DNA from: Felis catus
Taxonomy: Eukaryota
Assembly: GCF_018350175.1 (NCBI RefSeq)
Contig: NC_058368.1
Coordinates: 214,088,001-214,152,000, forward strand
Direction: 5' to 3'
Length of the DNA stretch: 64,000 nucleotides
Shown here: one piece after another, positions 9,479 to 23,522 of the stretch
Position numbering within the stretch: position 1 is the first letter of the stretch
Layout of the letters: the number at the start of each line of letters is the position of its first letter
The notes under the pieces: model-generated
What the model was told of the DNA's origin: nothing
Seen by the model: the letters and a program-made list of their open reading frames with translations, nothing else
The model's database searches: none
Made by a program: the position numbers and the translations under genes

Positions 9479-11954
9479 AGAAATTAAAGGACAGAGTTTT
9501 CTCAACACTGAAATTGATGGAAGACTAGTAAATTTTGAGAAATGTTATCTTCTTTATAAATTTATTACTAGTTTTGGGAATAGCTATATATGGGGAAATA
9601 TGTATGTACTCTGTTTTATGTATGGGATATTAAAGAGAAAACTCAGAAGAGAGTTTATATGTTAAGGTCATTAGGGGAAAGAATTGCCCATTTCAGCTAG
9701 ATTCTGAATGTTGGCTCAGTAGAAATACAATTAAGTAAATGACCTAGCTACTCATACACATGTAGAATTATTATGAATGCTCCAAGAAAAATAAACTCTT
9801 GTTACTAACTTGTAGTTTCTGTTTCAATTGATTATTTTGCTTTAATATAGAACTGGTGAATTACCTTAGTAAAATATATTTTTGTCATCTATTAGGGGTC
9901 TAAATAAAGTAGATATTTGATTATTGTAGGCTATTTAAACCTGATATTAAAGAGAATTAATGAAGTTCAAAAAAGCTATATACCTTTCTATATCTCTATA
10001 TCTATCTCTATCTCTATATCTGTATCTCAGGCCACCTCAGAATTTTAATTTTAGTTTATATAAACCTAATATTTTATTATTAAGTGTTCATCTCTTACAG
10101 ATGAAACAGTTCTTATTTTTGCAATTTGTGTCATGAATCAATGTTTATTAAGAATTTAGGCAACAGCATTGAACTTGATCACCTGCCTTCATTTTTAATT
10201 TGAGAATGACAAATATTTATAGCACATAATTAATTTCCCAAAAAGGAAATTTCAGTATTCATAGACTCTTTAAGAACTTTAATCATTGCCTACATTTTTT
10301 GCCTATGTTTTTTCCTTCATGAAAAAATTGAGCTTAAGATGCACCGCTTATTGTCCTTATAAGCTCTTGCAATTATATACAGCAGTAATCTTTTCTTGTT
10401 ATTTGTTTTCTTCCTGCTATACTTTTAAGTTTTACAAGCAATATTTTCCAGTCAAGTCTTTGAAATAAAGGGTACAGGGTGAAGAATTGTTAGTTGGAGG
10501 CAGTAACTATTTAAATACCAAAGAGAAAGTAACTATTTAAATACCAAAACTGTATATGAGTTTCCTCCTTAATTGGGAGATTTAAAAAGTAATAGGAAAC
10601 CTCAGATTTCTACATTATTTAGGAATGATGTTTGCACATGAACCCTTATTTGTTTGTTGTTTTTTTTTCCAAAGTAATTTCAATTTATATCTAATATATT
10701 TACTGTCCAGTCATATTAATTGTAGTCATAACAGATAAGGAACAAGGTAATCAATCTTAACATGATTATAGCAGATTATTTTGCTAGGTAGCTCTCCCCC
10801 CCAAATTTATTATATTCTGTGATTCAATAATTTGTCTTCTAATGTATCCTCTCAAGTCAGGGAGATTTTAGGTTAGGAAAGGAAGTATGTTTGCAGGTAG
10901 ATTTTTCATAATATCTATTCAGAGTGACATTTTATAATACCCTTTCATGGAAGTCAAGGGGCATTTCTGATACAGTTATTGGAAGAAAATTATTTTATGT
11001 AATTAAATAATTAAAAACTTGTATCTGCATAATGATAAATCAATGTTTGGGGGAGGAGATCTCTAGTATTAATTGTGTACGTAACATTGTCTAGCACCTA
11101 GTTGTTCAATATTTACATCTTGGATAACCAAAAACTATGTGTGGATATACTTTCCCAATATAAGAATCAATTTTATCCTATAAAAGGACTTATTGGAATA
11201 TGCATTTATATACCAATATATCCTTACTTTATCCTTATTGGTATTTTTATCCTTAAATCTATATCTATATATGAAATCCATATGTACCAAGAAAAGGCTG
11301 GCATAGAAAACTTTAAAATTAGCTGACAGCCAACCCAGTCTGACAAGCTAGCTACTTCCTTTAATAAAACATAAAATAATGCAGTGAGTTAAAATGGTAT
11401 TCATTATAAAAAGTGAAATAGACATAAAAATGCAGCCTAAATTCCCAGGAGACATTATCTCTTTCAATTAAAAACATGTTGAATGATCAAAGAGGTAACA
11501 AAGCTCATATTTATATAAACTTCCAGCATTAACACTTTTAAATTAGTCTTGACATTGACTTGCTGAGATTTTTTTCCTTACACAGTTAGGACAAACTCCA
11601 AGTGACAGAATAGTTGTGAAAGTACTTAAAATTATCTGTGTTATACAAGCAAAGGCCATCATTCATTTTCCTTATTAATAATATGAAATGTATATAGAAC
11701 ACTTGATCCATGGAGCTTACATGTGGCTACTTTGGGTTGACCATAGTCCAATTCAAGGAGTCTATTCCAGTAGGATGACAAAACAACAGAGTCTATTTTC
11801 CCAATGATTTAAAACTATTCCCTGAAAGTAAGTCAGTGCATTTTTGTGTTTAGATGTGGGACTTGCTATCAGGTTTCATTTGAACAAAGGGCTCATGGTT
11901 GAAAAGTTAGAAAATGCCTTAGAACCTCAAAATCTTTTATCTGCGGTAATATTT

Positions 11955-12550
11955 TTCATGCAGCAGTCAGTGTGATCCTCTTTAAAAATTAGGTTTAGAT
12001 TAGGTAATACTCCTATTCAAAGCTTTGCAGTGGTTTCCTACCTCAATCAGAATAGAACTCAGTCTTTACCAATACCTTCAGATGTCCCTAGGACCTGCCA
12101 CACTTACCACCTACCAAACCTCCTGTTGCCTCAGACCTTCCCAACCACTCCCCACCTTGCTCACTTTCTTCTAGCTTTGTAAGCTTCCTTGCTACTCCTC
12201 TTCGTGCCAAGCAAGCTCTGGTATCAGACCTTACCCTCATTTCCCCCTCTTCTTTGGACATTCTCCTCCCAGATTCACCATGGTTCATCCTTTCATTTCA
12301 ATCAAATCCTTACTCAAATGATTTCCTACCAAGGGCAAGCCTGACCATGCTATCTAAAATAGTACGCCAGATCCTCTTTGTTTCCATATTCTGCCTTATT
12401 TTACTGCTTACAATGTATTTCACTTGAAATATTACATATTTGTTGTTTGCCTATTTCTGTCTTCCCCAATTAAAATGTAAGCTTAGTGAGATTAGGACTT
12501 GATGTTGTTCTCTATTGTATCTCTAAAGCCTAGAACATGCCTGGCATAAG
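11955..12550 (+). mobile_element. L2 3' fragment
   Basis: CAGCAGTCAGTGTGATCCTCTTTAAAA...AATGTAAGCTT...TGTATCTCTAAAGCCTAGAACATGCCTGGCATA. Confidence 0.7.
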
Positions 12551-13397
12551 GCAAGTACCCTGATCAGAATATATCTGTGGGCTCACTGGCAAGAGTTCCT
12601 CTAGTCTACTTACTTTTTTTTTTTTTTTTTTACAGGGGATAATTTACACAATAATATTCTTATTTAGCAGTTTTCTCATCTAGTCAAGTAAGCTACTGAC
12701 TAAAGCCTGGAAGTTGTTGACTCCAGTGCCTTCATGATAAAATTCTAGAATACTGAAGCATCTGTGATTTCAAAGAGCAATGAGGTTTTCTTGCAGCATG
12801 ATTTACAGCTAAGGTATTAGGAATGTATAGGGAAAATAGAGCTTGCTTACATAGTATAAATTAGGATTCAGCTCTATTAATTTCCCCAGGATTTCACAGA
12901 CATATATCATGAAATGATTCTTATTTTTATCCATGTCTGAAAATGAAAATAATTACACATCCAAATGGAGCGTAATTCTGCCTCTAAGTGTTACAGGATA
13001 GATTCTTCCACACTTGAAAAACAGACTGTTGGCCCGGTGTCTTGTTTATTAAAAATCACAATGCTCTCTCCATGCCACTGTTTGACAAATCTAAGACCTT
13101 CAAGAAAAATTCCAGGCCATTCTGTTCTATTACCTTATACCATTTTCATGTAAGCAGTAAGCTCCTATAGATCATTTTGTGTCCCCCCCCCCCCAAATTT
13201 TGTGGGTTTTTTTTAGGCTTACGCTGCTACTAAAACAATTGTTGAGCAAGGAGAGTAAAGATGCTGTTTAGAGTCGTTTTTCAGGAAGATACAAATATCT
13301 AATTGGAAGAAAGCATTAATTTTCTAACTTGCAGGTGATACTTGAATAGCAATCGACTGAAGTTTATGAAAAAGACATGTCTCAGAAGTGTGCTTAC

Positions 13398-13651
13398 TTG
13401 ACAGGATTCCTGGCAGCATCAGGATCTTGGGCTGTGACTGAGCCTATGGTTGTGTTTATCTGAGCATCTTCTCTTATTTGTAGGATGTAGGCCAGTTTGC
13501 TGAAGACAGGAGGCTCATCCACATCTTCCACCATGATTCTGACCGTAGCTGCATCTTTGAATGGACCCAGGTAGAGAAAGCGAGGTTCAACATGAGGATT
13601 GGAGGCTTCCACTTTGAGGGTGTATACTTTCTTCTTTTCAAAGTCCAAGAC
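13398..13651 (-). CDS. CDH6: CDH6 exon 7 (EC3/EC4)
   Basis: cccaccccaAG|GTC; VLDFEKKKVYTLKVEASNPHVEPRFLYLGPFKDAATVRIMVEDVDEPPVFSKLAYILQIREDAQINTTIGSVTAQDPDAARNPVK; donor AA|GTAAGC; 254 nt. Confidence 0.98.
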
Positions 13652-14046
13652 CTTGGGGTGGGTAGGGAGAAGAGACATATTTAAAGCAGCCAAGACACAG
13701 AAAGACGAGACATAAAGCATTTTTAGTGCAAATCATGGGTAGTGAATGTGGTTATATTGCTTAGAGACATCACCACACAGTGTGATATTGGGCAAAGGCA
13801 TGAGATGCCACACCATCCTGATGAAAATTGTGGGCTGAAACCATGCCCACTATTGCCTTGAAAGTGGGTGCAAGGGTGCAAGGTATAACGGACAGGGAAG
13901 AGAACCTGGAAGCAGGAGTCTTGTATAAAAAAGGACCCCCTGTAAAGACAATTCTTGTATTTGACTAGAGGGAGCCATGTTAGGGGCAAATTGGCAAATC
14001 TGACTTTGATTGAATACTTAATGAGTGTTTACAATTTGCTGGTATT

Positions 14047-14277
14047 GGGGCACCTGGGTGGCTCAGTTGGTTAGGCTTCCAACTTCAGCTCAGGTCATGA
14101 TCTCACGGTTTGTGAGTTTGAGCCCCATGTCAGGCTCTGTGCTGACACCTCAGAGTCTGAAGCCTGCTTCAGAGTCTGTGTCTCCCTCTATCTCTTCCCC
14201 TCCACCCCCCTCACGCTCTGTCTCTCTCTGTCTCTAAAAAATGAATAAACATTAAAAAAACTTTTTTTAAAAAAAAT
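14047..14277 (+). mobile_element. Can-SINE
   Basis: GGGGCACCTGGGTGGCTCAG head; degenerate TSD AATTTGCTGGTAT/AATTTGCCAGTAT. Confidence 0.93.
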
Positions 14278-14279
14278 TT

Positions 14280-14398
14280 GCCAGTATCTGGACCCCACCC
14301 TGGATCATTAAACCAAAATATCTGAGGTGGGGGTGGGAATCTATACTTTTAAATACCTCCCCCAGTGATTCTAATGTGCAGCCAGAATTGAGAACCAC
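14280..14398. mobile_element. MER5A-like hAT DNA-transposon relic, interrupted by the adjacent SINE
   Basis: CCCCAGTGATTCTAATGTGCAGCCAGAATTGAGAACCAC terminal motif typical of MER5. Confidence 0.7.
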
Positions 14399-15730
14399 AA
14401 GTTTGCATCATGACTTCCTCTTCCTCATTCAGATAAAATAGATTTAATATGTTTTTTTTTTTGCATGTGCATGAGTTGATAAAATATTCCAAGTGATATC
14501 CTGATAAGGGCATTGGGCTAATTACTTGCCAACGAAAGTAATGATCATTGTTGTCAGAGGTCTTTAGAAAAAGTATCTCTGCTTCTGGAGACATAGTGAA
14601 CCCAAATGCTTATTGCTGACTTTTAGTTTTAGATGATGATATGACAAGGCTCACTAGAAACACAATTAATCAAGACATTAGTGAAAGTGATTTAGTCGGC
14701 TAGGCAAAATTTCAGTTTGAATCTGATAAGGCACTAAGAAAATTAAAAAGGTTAATGCACACTAATGGGCTTCCTAATTATATTATAGTATAAAACATTG
14801 GTCTGGATGTCGCTTAAACATGTTTTATTGTGTTTCCAGGTATTAAGACATGTAATTCAAAGCTTAAGAGGAAAGGATTTTCTTGCTATTTACATCTACC
14901 TGTGCTTATTTTTACCAGCAAGTATGCTAAAGGAGAGAGAAAATGTTATATCATACATGATAAAAATGCAGTTATTTAAAAAACTCACCAAAAATAACAA
15001 TTTTTAGCTTTGAAGCACACAGTTTATTGGCTTTAAATTTTTGCCACACTTCTGTGTACTGCTCTGTGATGCTAGACAATTTGGGGGGGGGGGTAAATAG
15101 TGAATAAGTACATAGGACAAAAATTGGAATTCAGAAATATAAAAAATTTATTATTGTGTTCCAAAAAGTAGCTAAACAGCTCATGGGAGATTTGTGTTAT
15201 TTAATTTATTTCTGTGGTCTTTTTATATCCTGTCTTTAATTCAGGCTACCTTTATCACTGCTTGCATTACTCTTTTCCTTCAAAGCATGTATCAGAATTT
15301 AGTTACACATTTGTTTTGTTTATTTGCTTCCTTGTCTGTTTTCTCCTTTAGATTGGCAGTTCCGTGAGAGCGGACACCATTCTGTTGAATGTTACCATTG
15401 CACCTCCCGCGTCTTGAAGAGTGCCTAACACTGTCTATTATTCATTGACTATATTTACTTTATGTACTTTAATGTACACCATTTATTTCTATCATTTATT
15501 TACTTATTAGGAGGTTCTTAATAAAAATTTATTAAAAGCATGAAATGAATGAATGAATCAGATTATTGAGGACCTCTAAAAGCCAACCATTAGACTTGGC
15601 ATTAAAAAAAAATAATTAGTAAAACAAGAATCTAGAGGCATGTTCATGTGAGATATAATTGTCTCAGTTACTCGAGGACTAGAGAGAAGTGAATGTGCTC
15701 GTTTGTATGGTATTTAACAAACGGCATTAC

Positions 15731-15918
15731 CTTTTTGACAGTAATAACTCCTTCCTGAGTTTCTTGGTCGGTGACGACATCGAACATGTCCAGCCCTTCT
15801 CCCTCTGTAATGCTGTACTCAATTTCGGCGTTTTCTCCCATGTCAGCGTCGCTGGCTTTGATCCTGCCAATTGGTGTACCCGGTGGAGAAGATTCAGGGG
15901 TTTTAAACTGGTATGTAC
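15731..15918 (-). CDS. CDH6: CDH6 exon 6 (EC3)
   Basis: taat[67 protein letters not shown]; donor AAG|GTAATG; 188 nt. Confidence 0.98.
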
Positions 15919-18019
15919 CTATTAATCACCAGACAGATATAAGTCACACACAGATGAAGGATACTCTATCACAATAAAGACAAACCCCATTTTCTAACAG
16001 TTCTTTCAGACATTACTAGGGATGCAGGCAGGTTTGTACTTTCCTTGCAATAATTAATGGCGCTCTATTCTCCTTACATCCTTACTTTCATGATTGCTAA
16101 GAATATTTCTTCTGTCATGACCCGTCTCTTTGCAAATGGAGAACACTTTTCTTGTCCTGTAAATAGGTCTCCAGGTTCATGGTATGATGGCGAGAAAGAC
16201 TAAGCTGCTAGAGAAGGGTGCAGAAGGTTTCAAGCCCCTGTTAACTAATCTAGCAGGAAGAACGGAAAAGAGTTTAACCTGAACTATGACTTTAAGCCAA
16301 TTACGAGGTATTTCTTAAAAGGGTTCTTTGTGTCTTTGCTAATAATAACTGAAGGTGAAAATAAATGACAGCGATCTGGAGAATGTATCCAAGTAGACAC
16401 TCTCACCCATACATGGAGCTGGTCTGGCTGCGGTTAGGGATACAGATGGACACATTGAGAGAGAAAGCTCCTAATAGTTTCTTTAAGTAATCTTTCTTTT
16501 AAATTTCATTACAGTACTTTTTCTGTGCGTAGGTTTCTCCCATTCTTGTATTTGTGTTGTTGATTTAAAACCTATATTTCATAAATGTACACTTTCCCGA
16601 TGTCCTCATGTTGCAAAATTAGTTTAAGGAGACTGCATGTGGCTTTCAATTTAGATCCGCCAGACTAGCATGTACTTAGGACAATAACGACAAAAAAGTG
16701 TCAGAACAAAACTCATTTTACTCTCACCCATTACATTTTGCCAACCATCTGTGCAAATTATTTTGGAAAAAAAAAGACTATGACTAAATATCGCTAAATA
16801 TCACTAAAATATAGTCATTCAGTCATATTCAATCATAGCCCATTAAGTGTTGGGCTCATCCTTGGCAAAATGATAAACAAGCCAAGTTTTTCCTCTAGAG
16901 CTATTCTTCTCTCCTGTGCTTTGGTATAGTATTCAGTAATGATCCCAAGCTATCCACGGAGAGAGCAAAGTGAGGTAGGGTCCCTGTGGTATTTAAGTGC
17001 TGCTGAATCCTTTTGTTATCCTTCCCCAGGGAATTCCCATATTGAAAAGGAGGTTTTGGGGCGAAGTATTGCTAATTTTGATATTGTCATTTCAGGCGTC
17101 TGTGGGAAAAAAATTTAGGGCCAGTAAAACCTATCTTCTACCCGTTACATCAGAAATTAGTTTTTTTTTTTTTTTTTTTTGCATTTAGCTATGAGTAAAT
17201 ACTTGAAAAAAATTAAAGAAAATGTAACAGTTCTGGTTGATCCATGTGTATCTCTATTATAAAAGAAGCCCATGTGAGGTGACCAGCATTGGGAAAGATA
17301 TGCCATGATTGGGTAAGGTGGGCTTTCTTTTTAATGGTGGGCAGCTATTTTCTCCTGGAAGACAGGAGTTAGGTAGTTTTCTTAGATCATGGTCAGAAAA
17401 GAATTTTGTTCTTGGAAGAAAAATTACATTAAAACCAGTACCCTCTTGCAAAAGCTTTGTATGAAGGGCTCTAGTATATTGCTTGATACAAAGTAGGCAT
17501 TTAAGAATTTGTTTTTCCTTCTTTTTTTCCTATCTAGCCATGAGAGTTAATGATTATAGTGATGATTTTTTTGGTATCTCAATTAACCATAATATAGAAA
17601 ACTATTTATGATTACAAATGGATTAAGTACATGGTTATTTCCCCAGTTGTATTTTTAGAAACAGTTAAATGATAAATCCTCCCTTATAAAGCTTTGTGGG
17701 GATTTAAAAGAGATTAAATGACTGATTAAATTCACAAAACATAGTCAATTTTTTTCTTACAAATAGGAGCATGCTTGTATACATATGTTCTGCGCAAGCA
17801 AATTTATGTCTGTGGTAGTCTTTTTAATAAGGAAAAATAAAACAATGGTGTTACCTTTACAACTATCACCATATTATAAATCATTCAACTACTAAAAGTA
17901 TGGTTATTCCTAAGTTCATTAATATTGATAATTAATAACAATGGAAAATAAATATCATTCTTAAAGTTAGAGTTTTATAAAAGTGCACTGAAGAAATTCA
18001 TTCAATCAAATGTTCCTAC

Positions 18020-18187
18020 TCTGGGGAAACCGGGGAGGGTTGTCGTTGACATCAGTTAGCGTGATGTTCACTGTGGTGGTCCCAGATAATCCCCCCATCT
18101 GGCCACCCATATCCTTGGCTTGAATCACCACTTGGTACTGCTCTCTGTTTTCTCGATCCATGTTGAGCAAAGCTGTCTTGATGATAC
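18020..18187 (-). CDS. CDH6: CDH6 exon 5 (EC2)
   Basis: catccac[60 protein letters not shown]; donor A|GTAGGA; 168 nt. Confidence 0.98.
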
Positions 18188-19569
18188 CTGTGGATGCGAA
18201 ATTCAGAAATGGAAAGGGATGTATTAAAAATACTTTATCAAATCATTTATTTATGCAAACGTAGATGTCATCCACAATACTCAAACACTATACGGATGTA
18301 ATAGGTGACATAAAGATGATTATAGATAGCCTTTATACTGAAGCAAATTATAACCACATAGGGGAGATAGATATATTTTAAAAACACCTATGATACAAGA
18401 ATAAGTACAAGTCAAATCTGTAATAGTATAGATTGTAGGTAGTATAAATATCATGTGTTATAAGAAAATGTAGCAAAATATAACTTGGCATGTGGTACAG
18501 TGTTATACTACCATAGCTGCTTGATAAAAGACATTTAAGTGTACTATGAGGAAATTGCTAAGGAAGTCATTTCCTTGAACTGACTCTTGAGCTTTACTTT
18601 ACTGAATCAGCTAATTGCTCATCAAATATACCTCCCATAATGAACGTTCAGAGGATTTTCTAAGCCACAAACTATGGTCTGAAGAAAACATAGCTCAGTT
18701 CTCCCATAATTATCATCCTGTATGATCCTAGAGAACTTAAGTTTTCCTAAAGCTGATGTGAGCATTAGTTCAACTGGTCCCAGCAGCGACCAACATTCAT
18801 TCTTATGTTAGGTTAATTTTATCTCTGTTGTTCAGTAGTTATAAAATAAGTAGTTGAAAGAACTTCTAAAAGTTTGCCTAATCTCTGTGTAGGCTTTATG
18901 CTTAAATTAACAACATTCTTTCAAAAATCTTTATAGGCTTTAAAGGCTTTCAAGGCTTTCAAGGCTTTATAGCCTTCTCTCGTGGCACATTCCAGTGCTT
19001 AACAACTAATGAAGCTGAAAATATCTTTTTTTTCTTTTATTTTTAACACGAACACCTCAGACAACAGGTCAGTTTTATTCCTATAGTCCTGGCTTCAGTG
19101 AAAGTGCAGCTGTGTCTGTTCTCCAATAATAGGACTTCTCTATTTAAATAGAGGAGATCACCTTAGCCTTTGTCCTTTACGTTGAATATTTCTAATTTTT
19201 CACCCTCATTGTTTTTCAACTCAACATTTTCTTTCTCCTTGGGATTCTTTCCAAGTTCGTTGCACCTCTTAACACATCAATTTCCAACTGGATGTGGTAA
19301 CCTAGAAAAGTTTTGATTTCTACTAACAATAGTGGATGCTTGGGAAATGTAGAAAAGGAATTCAACTCCTATTATGATAGCAAAAATATGTGTAGAATTT
19401 ACCGTACAGCACAGACAATATTTCCTAAGAAACAATTCATCAGAAGATAGTATGCTACTTTGTGGATAAAATGCAGAAAAATGAGGTGTTAAAAAAAGAA
19501 TTCCATTAAGGAATCCACTTTGTTTATTAGGATGCTATCAGCACGAGCTAGACAATGTCATAATAAAAT

Positions 19570-19850
19570 CTTACTGTCTTAACACAGCTAACGTTAATTT
19601 TTTGCTCATGCTCTGAGGAGGCCAGCAAGAAGCTCTGCTGATAGTAACAGACATCCAGGCTGGAGACCAAGGCCAACATTTGTTTCCATCCATGATCACT
19701 GTGGCAGGAGGAAAGGAATGTGGATTGTGCACCAGGTCCAAAAGTTCGGCTTGGAAGTGACTTGAATCATTGCCACATATACCGGCCCAAACAAATCTCA
19801 TGGCTATATCTACCTTTAGAGCAGGGTAGAGAGATGCCAAATAACTAGTA
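19570..19850 (-). mobile_element. Old MLT1-like LTR fragment
   Basis: GGAAGTGACTTGAATCATTGCCACAT...CAAATCTCATGGC motif pattern recalled from MLT1J/K-type LTRs. Confidence 0.5.
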
Positions 19851-20172
19851 AAAGAAGAATTGGAATATTTGTAAATAGCCCTAATGGCTATCAGGAGGTA
19901 TTCGTTTTTAGGTTCACTCCAAACTGGAAGAAAAAACTGACATTGTATAAGTTTTCTGAATTTACCCTATATAAGTAAAATGGTGAAACATCCATTGTCA
20001 GATTTCTGAATTAAAATGATCTGGATATCATGTTTACAAATATATTGCTGGTAAAATTTGGCAGATGAATCTAAGAATATTCAATTACACTGATTGTTTT
20101 TTTAATAAATTGTTTTTATTAAATCAATTAAAATTATGGATTGTAAAAAGAAGATCAAAAAGGAATTCTAAC

Positions 20173-20292
20173 CTGTTTCTGATTCAACTGAAAAATAGGG
20201 CTGTCCCTGTAGGATACTATACACAACTTTAGCACTGTTGCCATAAGTTGGATCATCAGCATCAGTTGCGGTGACTTGGACAACAAATGTGC
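20173..20292 (-). CDS. CDH6: CDH6 exon 4 (EC2)
   Basis: cattac[44 protein letters not shown]; donor CAG|GTTAGA; 120 nt. Confidence 0.98.
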
Positions 20293-20456
20293 CTGTAATG
20301 ACAGAAACATGAATTGAAAATAAATGAAGGACCCATGTAGATCCTTGATGCACACACAGATAGAGAAAGAGTGATCTTACTTCTGTACAAAAGTATCTTG
20401 ACAAAGGAGTTGAGAATTTCAGGATGATACTAGGGTTAAAAAGCCTTGGATTTATC

Positions 20457-20668
20457 GGGACGCCTGGGTGGTTCAGGGGGTTAGGCGTCCGACTGGTTTA
20501 GGTCAGGATCTCACCGCTGGTGAGTTCAAATCCCCACATCAGGCTCTGTGCTGACAGCTTGGAGTCTGCTTCAGGTTCTGTCTCCCTCTCTTTCTGCCCC
20601 TCCTCTGCTTGCACTCAGTTTCTTTCTCTCTCTCTCCAATATAAATAAACATTAAAAATTTCTTTAAA
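20457..20668 (+). mobile_element. Can-SINE
   Basis: GGGACGCCTGGGTGG head, CT tract, A tail; AAAAGCCTT flanks. Confidence 0.92.
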
Positions 20669-20959
20669 AGCCTTTGGCTTCTCATTCTGAAAGAGTGTGA
20701 TCAACATTTATAAATGTTGTAAGGGTTAGGTTAAAGAGAAGCATGGGATAACCATGACCTTGGGTGGAACCAATTTCAACTAATGTCCAAAGATGAGATT
20801 TGATTGGACTCTGGCTATAGTCATTCTTTGAAGTTATCCAGACCTAAGTCAATCAGCATCTTGCATTGCTTTATCTACAGTGATTAGTTTCGGGGTTGTC
20901 CAATCATGAGGCCACTTGAGATTTTCTTGGGAATTCTGTGTCATGAGTGCTCTTTCTCC

Positions 20960-21200
20960 TGGACTGTAATGTGCTGATGTAGGGCCTGTCAATGCAGCAG
21001 CTATTTTGTGACCTCAGAGATGCCAGCCTGAGGACAACGCTGAATATGACAGAAAATTTCAGAGAAATAATTGAACCCAAATCAAACCATCTCAAAAGCC
21101 CATTTTATTTTTGACCTAAGTATGACTTAAGTCACTAAATACTTTTATTTGTTTAAACTAGTTTGAGTTGGGTTTTCTGTTCAATAAAAGCATCCTAAAT
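20960..21200 (+). mobile_element. Old MLT1-like LTR 3' fragment
   Basis: TTGTTTAAACTAGTTTGAGTTGGGTTTTCTGT...AAAGCATCCTAA terminal motif. Confidence 0.55.
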
Positions 21201-23522
21201 GATAAATCTATCTGATAATTCTAAGAGTTTGAAAGATCTTGAAACTTAAAAGAGGTAGTGTTGGATTAAAGAATTATTAGAATACTAGAAAATTCACATC
21301 TGGAACCTGTAACTCCAAAAAAATTATTATAATTACATGCACAGAGAAGGCAATGATGTTTTAGATCAGCATTCTTGTTTTAAGGACTGCAGTCACCGAA
21401 TAACCTTCAAAATATTCCTGACCCCCGTGAAATTCCACACAGATTTTTATGTGTATGCTTACATGTTTATTTCACTGAAGAGAAGATCCATAGATTTTAT
21501 TGGATTCTCAAAGAGATCTGTGACTTCCAAAAAAGGGTAAGACCTTACTCTGATGAAGATCATCTTATGGCTGACTTTTGATATTCATATCAGATAAACA
21601 GTAAGCATACTGTTGGAGTTCTCCTGTCCATGGGAAGGACAGGGAAGTTACGTTCAGGCAATATTAGAAGTTTTACATTGCTTTTGTAATATCTAACCAA
21701 TCCCGTTTGTTGAACAAATATATTGTACTGTGGTGGATGCTCTGGATGTAACATGTTGGTGCATGAGATCGAACACCCATCCTTGTAATTTGGGAAAGAA
21801 GGTGGGGACAAAGCATTATATGACCTCAGAGCAAGAGCTAATAGTAGTTAACTAACACCCACATTCTTACTTGACATCAATATAAAATTTGAATGCTTTT
21901 ATAATAGGATTATCTAGATGTTTTGAGCACCTGTTTGTTGTCAGATATTGTACTGGGGGCTCTGCCCTTGTTTTCTTATTTCATTCTCATGGTAATCCTT
22001 AGCTGTTGACATTTATTATTTATTTTTTGTAGATATGAAACTGAAGGATCAGAGACATCAAGATGCTGCTTATTAGTAGAGTTTCAAATTCAGGTCTGTT
22101 TGACACCCAAAGCCCATTTATATACCACCATGCTGCTATCTCACTTTGTAACGTAGGATTAAGATGCCTTTTTGTATGATAATAATGATGTGTTCATTTA
22201 TGATAATGGTTAATATGAACATAACTGTACCTGTGTGCAAATTAGAAAGAGCCTTCCCTTTGTCTTCCCTTAAGACATGTTACGTCCAGCTGCCCCCAGA
22301 TATTTATAATACATACTTAATTCTAACATAGTTCAAAAGTGAATGGCACCCTCTATAGTTGTGGGGGTGACACCTTGCACATCAAATTTTGTTTTCTGGA
22401 AACTGTTTTGCTGGGTGGTGCTGATGTTGAGACTATTGCTTATTAATTGTTCCTTACTTTTACCACATAGAGGAAAAATATTTTTTCCTAACAAATCTTC
22501 CTCTTAGAATTTTAATCCCTCCCTTTTGCTTGGCTGATGGTTTGTGATTTTTCTGATGAAACAAAGTGGTTTTAAGTAATGAGACGAGCAGCTTGTTGAT
22601 GAGAAAGATTTAGATGGTTTACAATCATTTCCATGGATTAGGTTTTTCTAAGTCTTGGAACTGTGACCTAAAATGCCTCTGATATCTGACTCATAGAATT
22701 ATAGAAGAGTTATTATTAAGTAATTTAGCCCTTTTGAATTTGATACCGAATGAAAATAAAAATAACCCTTTATTCAGGTAGCTTAAAATTTGTCACTGTT
22801 TCGCATTAAGTATTTTAATACGGCTAAGAGTGATGTCAGTAGGATTTTTTAAAATTTAAATTGTGTTGACCTCCCAATTTAAGCAAATTAGAAGCATACA
22901 TATTAACTTTAAAATTGGTAGTAGAATTGTGCACAAAATATTAATTCATCATATTAATGTCATGAAAATCTCTTAATTTCCATCACTTAGTAAAGGATAC
23001 ATCCCCTAAACAACCCCTGCATAATTATGGATTTTTTTTTTTAAGTTTTCTTTGAGTCTCTTTCCCAAACACATATTTACTTAAAGCAACTGTCATTACT
23101 CTCCAGTCTGGAATGTAAACTCAGGCTTTTGTTTCACACTGTAGAGATCCTAACCTCAAGCCAAGTACCAATATGTGCTAAGAGAGGTGGAGAGGGCTGC
23201 TGTCTCTCAGCCTGAGGACCAGGGTGGGCACCTGGGGAGGCAGGAAGTAGATGAGATGATATCTCTTTCTTCCTCCTGTTCTTGCCTGACATTTTTTCAT
23301 CCCTTCATCATTAGAGGAAATGCTGTTTTCTTATAATAAAATGAGACTAGAGTAATATTTGGAAACAGGTGTACTTGTCATAAAGGGATTGTTTGAAATA
23401 TGATAGTTTTAGAATTTAGCATCTACATTCATTCACCTCAGTAAATTTCACTCCTAGGATTCTTTATTCAGTTGACGTACTAGAGGAGAGACATCATGTG
23501 GTTGAAATCACATCTCACTCAC

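Noticed and set aside
17546..17558. HNF1-like site GTTAATGATTATA
   Set aside because: Imperfect single match in AT-rich DNA; not distinguishable from chance without conservation data.
9145..18970. Short tandem repeats: (ACAGTGCCCAGA)x3 at about 9145, (CTAAATATCR)x3 at about 16784, (AGGCTTTCA)x4 at about 18935
   Set aside because: Ordinary slippage micro-duplications with no spacer structure or functional evidence.
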